Assembly: GCA_965221305.1 (NCBI GenBank)
Contig: OZ244881.1
Span: forward strand, 3,670,091 to 3,734,090
From: Vicinamibacterales bacterium
GTDB taxonomy: Bacteria > Acidobacteriota > Vicinamibacteria > Vicinamibacterales > UBA8438
DNA length: 64,000 nucleotides
Direction of reading: 5' to 3'
The position numbers were made by a program, and so were the translations under genes. Positions 10,261 through 19,771 of this stretch are shown here, in pieces (the first letter of the stretch is position 1; each line of letters starts with the position of its first letter). The notes below the pieces were generated by a model. The model saw nothing but the letters and a program-made list of their open reading frames with translations, ran no database searches and was not told where the DNA came from.

Positions 10261-10456
10261 AAGGGGCAATCGGAGCGGCCGGCGACGATGTGCGGGGCGG
10301 CCCGGGGACCGCGGCGGACCGCCGGTGCGGCGAACCGTCGAGGGCGGGTGCGGCCCGTCGATGGCGAGTGCGGCCCGTCGGGGCGGCCGATTTTCGACGG
10401 AGTTCGGCCCCCGATGCCGGCGGTCCGGCTTCGGAACACGGGGGTGGTGGTTCGTG

Positions 10457-11164
10457 ATGAGCAGCGAGAACGGTACCGATCCCGTCGTGGAGCTGACGGA
10501 GGTCGCCAAGGTCTACCAGCAGGGCGATCAGCAGGTCGAGGCGCTGCGCGGGCTCACGATGGCGGTGCGGAGCGGCGAGTTCACCGCCATCTGCGGCCCC
10601 TCCGGATCGGGCAAGACGACCGCCCTCAACCTCATCGGCGCGCTGGACACGCCGACCTCCGGCACCGTGCGCCTGGAGGGGGCCGATCTCGGCACGCTCT
10701 CCCGCCAGGCGCTGAGCCATCTGCGCCGCGACCGCATCGGCTTCGTGTTCCAGGCCTACAACCTGCTGCCGATCCTCAGCGCCTACGAGAACGCCGAGAT
10801 CGTCATGGCGGTGCAGGGAGTGGCCGAGGCCGAGCGCCGGCCGCGGGTCATGGAGCTGCTCGCTCGCGTGGGGCTCGAAGGGATGGAGGATCGGCGCCCT
10901 TCCGAGCTCTCGGGCGGGCAGCAGCAGCGGGTGGCGATCGCGCGGGCCATCGCAGCGGGGCCGGCCGTGGTACTGGCCGACGAGCCGACCGCCAACGTCG
11001 ACTCGACCACCGCCGACGCGCTGCTCGAGATGATGGAGAGCCTGAACCGGGAGCAGCAGGTCACGTTCCTCTTCTCGACCCACGACCCCCGCGTGATGGC
11101 GCGGGCGCGGCGCCTCATCCGTCTCGTCGACGGTCGCATCGAGAAGGACGAGGTCCGCGGCTAG
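10457..11164 (+). CDS. ABC transporter ATP-binding protein (LolD/MacB-type)
   Basis: 235 aa from ATG 10457 (MSSENGTDPVVELTEV). Walker A GPSGSGKTT, signature LSGGQQQRVAIARA, Walker B VVLADEPT, H-loop STHD. Confidence 0.9.
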   Translation: MSSENGTDPVVELTEVAKVYQQGDQQVEALRGLTMAVRSGEFTAICGPSGSGKTTALNLIGALDTPTSGTVRLEGADLGTLSRQALSHLRRDRIGFVFQAYNLLPILSAYENAEIVMAVQGVAEAERRPRVMELLARVGLEGMEDRRPSELSGGQQQRVAIARAIAAGPAVVLADEPTANVDSTTADALLEMMESLNREQQVTFLFSTHDPRVMARARRLIRLVDGRIEKDEVRG

Positions 11165-11397
11165 TTGACCGCCCCAGAGAGAAGCTGCCCGTGTCGCGGG
11201 GCGCCTCCGCAGCGTTTGCCAGCGAAAACCAGCGAAAGGACGGCAAAGGAAGCTCTCGGCGCGCCGACCGAGAACCCGCCGATCCCGCCGCCGCCGGCGC
11301 GTGCGGGGGCGCCACCCGCCGGGGACTGCGACAGTCCACTAGCGATGGCGCAATGGTGGGCTTGATCTGACTAGTGTGACCAGTTACCATCGCGCCC

Positions 11398-11676
11398 ATG
11401 AGCTTGGTGTACTCGACCTATGACGCCAAGGCGAGATTCTCCGAGGTATTGCGGCACGTCCGCGCCGGGCGGACGGTGACGGTGTCTCACCGGGGAGAGC
11501 CGGTGGCCGAGATCCGTGCCATCCAACCGGGCCCGAAGACGATCGACCAACGGCTGGACGACCTCGAGCGCCGCGGCGTGCTGGTGCGCGGCTCCGGCCG
11601 GGCGCGGAAGCCGCTCGCGCCGGTGGCGAACCGGCCCGGCGCCCTGAAACGGTTTCTCGACGAGCGTAGCGAGTGA
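11398..11676 (+). CDS. Type II antitoxin, Phd/YefM family
   Basis: 92 aa. N-terminal YSTYDAKARFSEVLRHVRAGRTVTVSHRGEPVAEI is the canonical Phd/YefM fold signature. Its stop overlaps the toxin start (GTGA). Confidence 0.8.
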   Translation: MSLVYSTYDAKARFSEVLRHVRAGRTVTVSHRGEPVAEIRAIQPGPKTIDQRLDDLERRGVLVRGSGRARKPLAPVANRPGALKRFLDERSE

Positions 11677-12053
11677 CCGCCGCGTACGTGGATACGTCCG
11701 TGCTCGTCGCCGTTTCGTTCAACGAGAAGAACTCGACGGTCCTGGCTACCCGGCTGAGCGAGTTTTCGCGCCTGGTGGCGTCGAACCTCGTCGAGGCTGA
11801 GCTGCGAGCGGTGTTCGCGCGAGAGCGATGCCGCTTCTCGCAGGATGTCGTGGCCGACATCGAGTGGATCCTGCCCGACCGTCGGTTGTCCGCCGAGATC
11901 TCGACCGTTCTCGAAGCCGGCTACGTGCGGGGCGCCGACCTGTGGCACCTCGCGACGGCCCTCTACGCGGCCGGCGCACCGGGGGACATGGGGTTCATCA
12001 CGTGTGACCAGCGGCAGGGCCGGATCGCGGCCGCGCTCGGATTCCAAGTCTGA
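11673..12053 (+). CDS. vapC: PIN-domain ribonuclease toxin, VapC family
   Basis: 126 aa. Acidic PIN residues are in place (YVDTSVLV, NLVEAEL, GADLWHLATA, FITCDQRQ). GTG start at 11673 gives a 4-nt overlap with the antitoxin. Confidence 0.8.
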   Translation: MTAAYVDTSVLVAVSFNEKNSTVLATRLSEFSRLVASNLVEAELRAVFARERCRFSQDVVADIEWILPDRRLSAEISTVLEAGYVRGADLWHLATALYAAGAPGDMGFITCDQRQGRIAAALGFQV

Positions 12054-12128
12054 CCGACTCGCTTCGGCTCTCCCTTCGAGATGGACGGATACGCGCGAGG
12101 TTCCGTTCATCATGGGCGTTTCGTGTGA

Positions 12129-12213
12129 AGGGGCGTTTCGTCCGCCCTTGGGTCCGGCGTTTCCTGACACAAGGGGTGTTTCGTCCAGCCTTGGGCCCGG
12201 CGTTTCCTGATAC
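12129..12213. repeat. Two tandem 42-43-bp direct repeats immediately upstream of tctC
   Basis: aaggggcgtttcgtccgcccttgggtccggcgtttcctgacac (12129-12170) and aaggggtgtttcgtccagccttgggcccggcgtttcctgatac (12171-12213). An extra gggcgtttcgt lies at 12114-12124. Confidence 0.75.
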
Positions 12214-12222
12214 AGTGCGTTC

Positions 12223-13281
12223 GTGCGACGGCGTCCCGCGACCGCGCGAGAACGAAGACCGGCCCGGCCGGGACGGCTGCCCGGCTTCTGCCTCGCGGCG
12301 GCGTTGCTCGCCGCCTGCGCCGGCGGAGCGGGCCCGGAACGGCCCGCGGACGCGCTGGCGCCGACGGCGGCCGGGTTCCCGCGGGGGCCGCTGACCCTGC
12401 TCGCCCCCGCCAATCCCGGCGGCGGTTGGGACCAGACCGCCCGCCAGGTCCAGCAGGTGTGGACCGAGGCGGGCATCCTCGGGGTGCCGGTCGAGGTGGT
12501 CAACCGCGGCGGGGCCGGCGGCACCATCGGGCTCGCGGACGTCGTTACCCGCCGGCGCGGGGACCCGCACACCGTGATGGTCTTCGGGCAGGTCATGCTG
12601 GGGTCCATCCGCACCAACCGCTCGCCCGTCTCGCTCGATGACACGGTGCCCCTCGCGCGGCTGCTGGACGAGTACGAGGTGATCGCAGTGCCCGTCGGAT
12701 CGCCTCACGAGACCCTCGCCGACCTCATGGAGGACTTCCGCGCCGAGCCCGAGCGGGTGAGCTGGGCCGGGGGATCGGCCGGGGGCATCGACCACATGCT
12801 GGCCGGCCTGCTCGCCCTCGCCGCCGGGGTCGATCCCACCCGCGTGAACTACGTGGCCCACTCGGGCGGCGGCGAGGCGGCGGTGGCGGTGATGGGGGGG
12901 CACGTCACCGCGGGCATCTCCGGCTTCGGCGAGTGGAAGGCCCACGCCGAGGGCGGCCGCATGCGGGTGCTCGCGGTGTCGTCGGCGGAGCGCATCCCGG
13001 GGAGTGACGTCCCGACCATCCGCGAGAGCGGGCTCGACGTCGTGATCGCCAACTGGCGGGGGGTTCTCGCGCCGCCCGGCACCGACGACGAGACCCGCGC
13101 GTGGCTCATCGAGGCGCTCGCCCGCCTGCGGGCTTCCGACGCTTGGCGGGACATCCTTCGCCGGAACGACTGGGAGGACAGCTTTCTCCCCGGCGCCGAC
13201 TTCGAGCGCTTTCTCGAGGCGGAGATAGCGGCCGCCGACGAGATCCTGCGCTCGATCGGCCTCCTGGGGCCGGCGGAGTAG
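12223..13281 (+). CDS. tctC: Tripartite tricarboxylate transporter substrate-binding protein (TctC/Bug family)
   Basis: 352 aa, GTG start. Lipoprotein-like signal (LAAALLAACAGG). NPGGGWDQTAR and VVNRGGAGGTIG motifs typical of the Bug/TctC family. Confidence 0.85.
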   Translation: MRRRPATARERRPARPGRLPGFCLAAALLAACAGGAGPERPADALAPTAAGFPRGPLTLLAPANPGGGWDQTARQVQQVWTEAGILGVPVEVVNRGGAGGTIGLADVVTRRRGDPHTVMVFGQVMLGSIRTNRSPVSLDDTVPLARLLDEYEVIAVPVGSPHETLADLMEDFRAEPERVSWAGGSAGGIDHMLAGLLALAAGVDPTRVNYVAHSGGGEAAVAVMGGHVTAGISGFGEWKAHAEGGRMRVLAVSSAERIPGSDVPTIRESGLDVVIANWRGVLAPPGTDDETRAWLIEALARLRASDAWRDILRRNDWEDSFLPGADFERFLEAEIAAADEILRSIGLLGPAE

Positions 13282-13287
13282 CCGGCG

Positions 13288-13731
13288 GTGCCGCGCATGA
13301 GCCGGGACCGGGCGTTCGCGGCGGCGGCCCTCGCCGCGAGTGGCGGCTATCTCGCGGCCGGCCTCTCCATCGCCGCGCCGGCCGGCGGCTACGACCTCGT
13401 CGGCCCCCGCACGTTCCCGCTCGCGATAGGCGTGGGCCTCGCCTCGAGCGCGGTCCGGATCGCGTGCGGCTCCGGATCCCCGTCCGACCCGGCCGTGATC
13501 GACTGGCGCGCGGCGGCAGTCGCAGCCCTCGTCTTCCTCGCCTACCTGGCGTGCCTCGGCTTCCTCGGCTACCCCCTGGCCACCACTGCGTTCATCGTGG
13601 CCGAGTCGCGGGCCCTCGGCAGCCGTGCCTGGCGCCGCGACCTCGCGGCCGGCGCGTTCATCGCCGCCGCCGCGTTCCTGGCGTTCCGGCTGCTGCTCGG
13701 CATCCGCCTGCCGGCGGGGCCCTTCGGCTGA
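13288..13731 (+). CDS. tctB: Tripartite tricarboxylate transporter small membrane protein TctB
   Basis: 147 aa with four predicted TM helices, placed between tctC and tctA. GPRTFPLAIG motif. Confidence 0.75.
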   Translation: MPRMSRDRAFAAAALAASGGYLAAGLSIAAPAGGYDLVGPRTFPLAIGVGLASSAVRIACGSGSPSDPAVIDWRAAAVAALVFLAYLACLGFLGYPLATTAFIVAESRALGSRAWRRDLAAGAFIAAAAFLAFRLLLGIRLPAGPFG

Positions 13732-13732
13732 G

Positions 13733-15259
13733 GTGGACGTTCGGGTGTTCCTCCTCGATCAGCTCGCGGTCGGGTTCGGCGCCGCCCTCGCGCCGGCGAA
13801 CCTGCTGCTGGGGCTCGTCGGGGTCACCCTCGGCACCGCCATCGGCGTCCTCCCCGGCCTCGGACCCGCTCTCACCATCTCGATGCTGCTGCCGCTGACG
13901 TTCGGCCTGCCGCCGGTCGGCGCGTTCATCCTGTTCGGCGGCATCTACTACGGCGCGATGTACGGCGGGTCGACGACGTCGATCCTGGTGCGGATGCCGG
14001 GCGAGGCGTCGAGCGTGATGACCGCCCTCGACGGGTTCGAGATGACCCGGCAGGGAAGGGCGGGCGCGGCGCTCGCGACCGCCGCCGTCGGCTCGTTCAT
14101 CGCCGGCACGTGCGCCACCGCCATGCTGATGCTCGTGGCCCCGGCCCTCGTCGAGGTCGCGCTGGGGTTCGGCCCCGCCGAGTACTGCGCGCTGATGCTG
14201 TTCGCCCTGACCGCGCTCGGGGGGCTCTCGGGCGACTCGCGGGCCAAGGGGGCGTTCGCCATCTGCCTCGGCCTCGCCCTCGGGACCGTCGGCATCGACG
14301 GGCAGACGGGGCAGCCGCGCTTCACCTTCGGGGTGGCGGGGCTACTGGGGGGGATGAATGTCGTGGTGGTGACGGTCGGGCTCTTCGCGGTCGGCGAAGT
14401 GTTCTGGTACGCGGCGGCGCGTCGGGCCGCGGTCGAGACGCGGGCGACGGTTGCGGGGCCGATACGGATGACCCGGGAGGAGTGGCGGCGGTCGTGGCCG
14501 GCCTGGATCCGCGGCACGCTGATCGGGTTCTTCACCGGCGTCCTCCCCGGGGCCGGCGCGACGGTGGCGAGCTTTCTGTCCTACGCGGCCGAGCGCCGGG
14601 CCGCGCGCCGCCCCGGGCGGTTCGGCCGCGGGGCCATCGAGGGGGTGGCGGGGCCCGAGGCGGCCAACAACGCCAGCGCCGGCGGCAGTCTCGTGCCGCT
14701 GCTCGCCCTCGGGGTGCCGGGGTCGGGCACGACCGCGGTCATGCTCGCGGCGTTCCAGCTCTACGGACTGCAGCCGGGGCCGCTGCTCTTCACGCAGGAC
14801 GCCACCCTCGTTTGGGGGCTCATCGCGAGCCTGTACGTCTCGAACGCGCTGCTGCTGGTCTTGAATCTGCCCCTGATCGGGCTGTGGGTGCGGCTGCTGC
14901 GGGTGCCGCGGCCGCTCCTCTTCGCGGCGGTGCTCGCGTTCTCGACCCTCGGGGTCTACACCCTGAACAACAACCTCTTCGACGTGGCCGTCGCCTACGG
15001 GCTGGGGGTGCTGGCCGTCGTCCTGCGTCGCTGCGCCGTCCCCCTCGCGCCGATCGTGCTGGCGGTGGTGCTGGGGCCGCTGCTGGAGCAGGAGTTCAGG
15101 CGGGCGATGGCGATCTCGGTCGGCGACCCGACGGTGTTCCTGACCCGGCCGGTCGCCGCCGCCATCCTCGCCCTGACGGTGCTGGTCGCGGCGGGTCCGG
15201 CCCTGCTTCGCGCCGCCGGCTCAGCCCGTGCGGCTCGCCGCCGCGGGGGCCGGGGATGA
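13733..15259 (+). CDS. tctA: Tripartite tricarboxylate transporter large permease TctA
   Basis: About 508 aa from GTG 13733, two nt after the tctB stop. Motifs [57 protein letters not shown]. Confidence 0.85.
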   Translation: MDVRVFLLDQLAVGFGAALAPANLLLGLVGVTLGTAIGVLPGLGPALTISMLLPLTFGLPPVGAFILFGGIYYGAMYGGSTTSILVRMPGEASSVMTALDGFEMTRQGRAGAALATAAVGSFIAGTCATAMLMLVAPALVEVALGFGPAEYCALMLFALTALGGLSGDSRAKGAFAICLGLALGTVGIDGQTGQPRFTFGVAGLLGGMNVVVVTVGLFAVGEVFWYAAARRAAVETRATVAGPIRMTREEWRRSWPAWIRGTLIGFFTGVLPGAGATVASFLSYAAERRAARRPGRFGRGAIEGVAGPEAANNASAGGSLVPLLALGVPGSGTTAVMLAAFQLYGLQPGPLLFTQDATLVWGLIASLYVSNALLLVLNLPLIGLWVRLLRVPRPLLFAAVLAFSTLGVYTLNNNLFDVAVAYGLGVLAVVLRRCAVPLAPIVLAVVLGPLLEQEFRRAMAISVGDPTVFLTRPVAAAILALTVLVAAGPALLRAAGSARAARRRGGRG

Positions 15260-16468
15260 CGAGTCGGCCCACTTCTGGAACGCGCGCCTCATCTGCCGCA
15301 CTGCCTGCAGCAGCCGCTGGCGGTTCTCGATGAGCGCGAGCCGCACATGGCCTTCGCCCTCGGGGCCGAAGCCCCGCCCCGGCGACACCGCGACCTCTGC
15401 GTCGTCCATGAGGCGGCGCGCGAATGCCATCGAGCCCATGGCGCGGAAGCGGTCGGGCAGCGGCGCCCACAAGAACATGCCGGCGCGCGGGGCCTCGATG
15501 CCGGCCCACCCGATGCGCCGCAGCCCGTCCACCAAGGTGTCGCGGCGCTCCTGGTACTTGGTGGCCTGCTCGTGCGCGAATTCGTCGCATTCGCGGAGCC
15601 CGATGATCGAGGCGATCTGGATGGCCTGGAAGATGCCGTAGTCGTAGTACCCCTTGATCTGGCCCAGCGCGCCGATGATCGTCGGGTTGCCGGCGCAGTA
15701 GCCGATGCGCCATCCCGCCATGTTGAACGTCTTCGACATGGTGGTGAACTCGACCCCGACCTCCATCGCGCCGGGGGTGGCGAGGAAGCTCGGGGCCCGG
15801 TAGTCGTCGAAGCACACCTGCCCGTAGGCGAAGTCGTGCACGACGATGAGTTCGTGCCGGCGCGCGATGGCCACCACTTCCTTGAAGAACTCGGGCGTCA
15901 CGCAGTGCGCGGTGGGGTTGTGCGGATAGTTGAGGAAGAGGACCTTGGGCCGCGGCGAGAGCTGGCCCGATATCTCGCTGACGCGCTTCAGGAACACCTC
16001 GTCGTCGGCGACGGGGACCCCGAGGCAGCTGCCGCCCGCGAGCACCACCGCGTAGGCGTGGATGGGGAAGGACGGGGCGGGCACGAGCGCGGTGTCGCCC
16101 GGCCCGAGCAGCGCGAGGCAGAGGTGGCTGAAGCCCTCCTTCGAGCCGATGGTGGCGATGACCTCCTTCTCGGGGTCGAGGCCCACGCCCCAGTGCTTGG
16201 CGTAGTACTTCGACACCTCGCGGCGCAGGTTGTAGAGCCCCGCCGCGGCCGAGTAGCGGTGGTTGCGCGGGTCGTTGACCACCTCGCAGAGCTTGTCGAC
16301 GATGGGCCGCGGGGTGGCGTCGGTGGGGTTGCCCATCGCCATGTCGATGACGTCGATGCCGGCGCGGCGCTTGCTCGCGAGCAGCGCGTTGATGCTCCCG
16401 AACATGTAGGGAGGCAGGCGCGACATGCGCTGGCTGAGCTCGATGGCGCCGTTCCCGTCCGTGGTCAT
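15221..16468 (-). CDS. alaC: Class I/II PLP-dependent aminotransferase, AlaC (glutamate-pyruvate aminotransferase)-like
   Basis: 415 aa. RLPPYMFGSINALLASKRRAGIDVIDMAMGNPTDATP, IGSKEGFSHL and MSKTFNMAGWRIGY (PLP lysine) closely parallel E. coli AlaC/YfdZ. Its 3' end overlaps tctA convergently by 39 bp. Confidence 0.85.
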   Translation of the reverse strand: MTTDGNGAIELSQRMSRLPPYMFGSINALLASKRRAGIDVIDMAMGNPTDATPRPIVDKLCEVVNDPRNHRYSAAAGLYNLRREVSKYYAKHWGVGLDPEKEVIATIGSKEGFSHLCLALLGPGDTALVPAPSFPIHAYAVVLAGGSCLGVPVADDEVFLKRVSEISGQLSPRPKVLFLNYPHNPTAHCVTPEFFKEVVAIARRHELIVVHDFAYGQVCFDDYRAPSFLATPGAMEVGVEFTTMSKTFNMAGWRIGYCAGNPTIIGALGQIKGYYDYGIFQAIQIASIIGLRECDEFAHEQATKYQERRDTLVDGLRRIGWAGIEAPRAGMFLWAPLPDRFRAMGSMAFARRLMDDAEVAVSPGRGFGPEGEGHVRLALIENRQRLLQAVRQMRRAFQKWADSSSPAPAAASRTG

Positions 16469-16496
16469 GGGGCTTCCGCCGAGGCGTGCGGCGTCG

Positions 16497-17450
16497 TCAC
16501 CGCGGGCCGTCGGTTCCGTCGGGCGACGGGTCCGGGTTCTCCGACACCGTCACGCCGAACTGTCGGTGGTTCCGGTATCGGGCGACGCCGACCATGCGCC
16601 CGCCGTCTTCTTCCGACACGCTGTCGCGCATCTCCAGGGGAACCCAGAGGTTCAGCCGCGGCTCGAACCCGAACGTCACGCGGGCGGTGGTGTCGGTGGC
16701 TTCCACGGGACCGATCCCGGGGTGACGCAGCCCGAACTCGGTCTCCAGCACGCGGCCCGACTCCGGGTCGAGGCAGAATCGGCCGCTGGCCGGGAGGCTG
16801 ATGTTCTGGAAGCCGCGCGCGATCGTGGGAAACCCGACCTCCTGGAAGCTGACTTCCCAGGCCGTCTCCACGCCGGCGCAGCCTGCGCGTCCCGTGATCA
16901 TCCGCTCGAAGCGGAACCGATCGACGTTGGTCGGGTGGAGGAAGAACAGGGAGTAGGTGGGCACGTTGAACGTGCGGCGAGTCTCGCCCAGGTTGTAGCG
17001 GACGCTCTCTTCGGTGATGCGGCGGACCTGGGCCATCGCGCTCGCCCCGCCGTCGGTGAACAGCGCCGCCAGCCGGTTGCCGCGGTTCTCCAGCTTCCGG
17101 CCGTTGAGCTCGACGATGTCGCGGAAGCCGACCCACTGGCCGTCGTCGTTCAGCCGCGTCAGCAGGAACTCGGACACGAGCTGCGAGTGGGCGGGCGCGT
17201 CGCTGTAGTCCTGATAGTAGGTCTGCTGATAGTCCTCCTCCATCAGCACGTTCGAGAGCTCGCCCACGTACGCCGCCACGAAGGCCGCGGCCCGTCCGAT
17301 GACCTCGTCGAGCCCGTCGCCGTCCTGGGCCGCGGCCGGCGTCGCGTGCAGGGCGATGCCCATCGCGGCCGTCAGCAGCGCGGCCCGAATCGCCGGCCGG
17401 CGACGTTCGACGCCGCCGCGTCCGATCCGCGGATCCGGTGTCCGGTCCAT
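16497..17450 (-). CDS. Secreted hypothetical protein
   Basis: 317 aa from ATG 17450 (MDRTPDPRIG). Signal peptide (AALLTAAMGIALHATPAAAQ). Coding-like composition. Lies 28 bp upstream of alaC on the same strand. I recognise no family. Confidence 0.6.
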   Translation of the reverse strand: MDRTPDPRIGRGGVERRRPAIRAALLTAAMGIALHATPAAAQDGDGLDEVIGRAAAFVAAYVGELSNVLMEEDYQQTYYQDYSDAPAHSQLVSEFLLTRLNDDGQWVGFRDIVELNGRKLENRGNRLAALFTDGGASAMAQVRRITEESVRYNLGETRRTFNVPTYSLFFLHPTNVDRFRFERMITGRAGCAGVETAWEVSFQEVGFPTIARGFQNISLPASGRFCLDPESGRVLETEFGLRHPGIGPVEATDTTARVTFGFEPRLNLWVPLEMRDSVSEEDGGRMVGVARYRNHRQFGVTVSENPDPSPDGTDGPR

Positions 17451-17557
17451 CCTGGTGCTCAAGCCCACCAGTGGGATTATAGTGCCGGGTCCGCAGGCCC
17501 GGGGGGCTCCGCGCCGCCGCGCCGCCCCATTCGGCCCGACGCCCGCTTCCGCGTTCG

Positions 17558-19666
<2,109 letters not shown>

Positions 19667-19727
19667 GCGTGATCCCTCCGGGCCGGCGTCGACACCGGCC
19701 GAGCGCGGGCGGTCCTTCCGTGTCCTT

Positions 19728-19771
19728 CTAATCCAGCTCGGCGAGCTCCCTAATCCAGCTCGGCGAGCTCC
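19728..19771. repeat. Perfect 22-bp tandem duplication spanning the M14 peptidase stop codon
   Basis: ctaatccagctcggcgagctcc occurs at 19728-19749 and again at 19750-19771. The second copy encodes ...ELAELD-stop of the minus-strand gene. Confidence 0.9.

Noticed and set aside
15221-15259. 39-bp convergent overlap of the tctA and alaC 3' ends as a sign of mis-annotation or antisense regulation.
   Set aside because: Both ORFs have strong family signatures up to near their stops. Short convergent overlaps are common in GC-rich genomes. Nothing else is unusual in the sequence.
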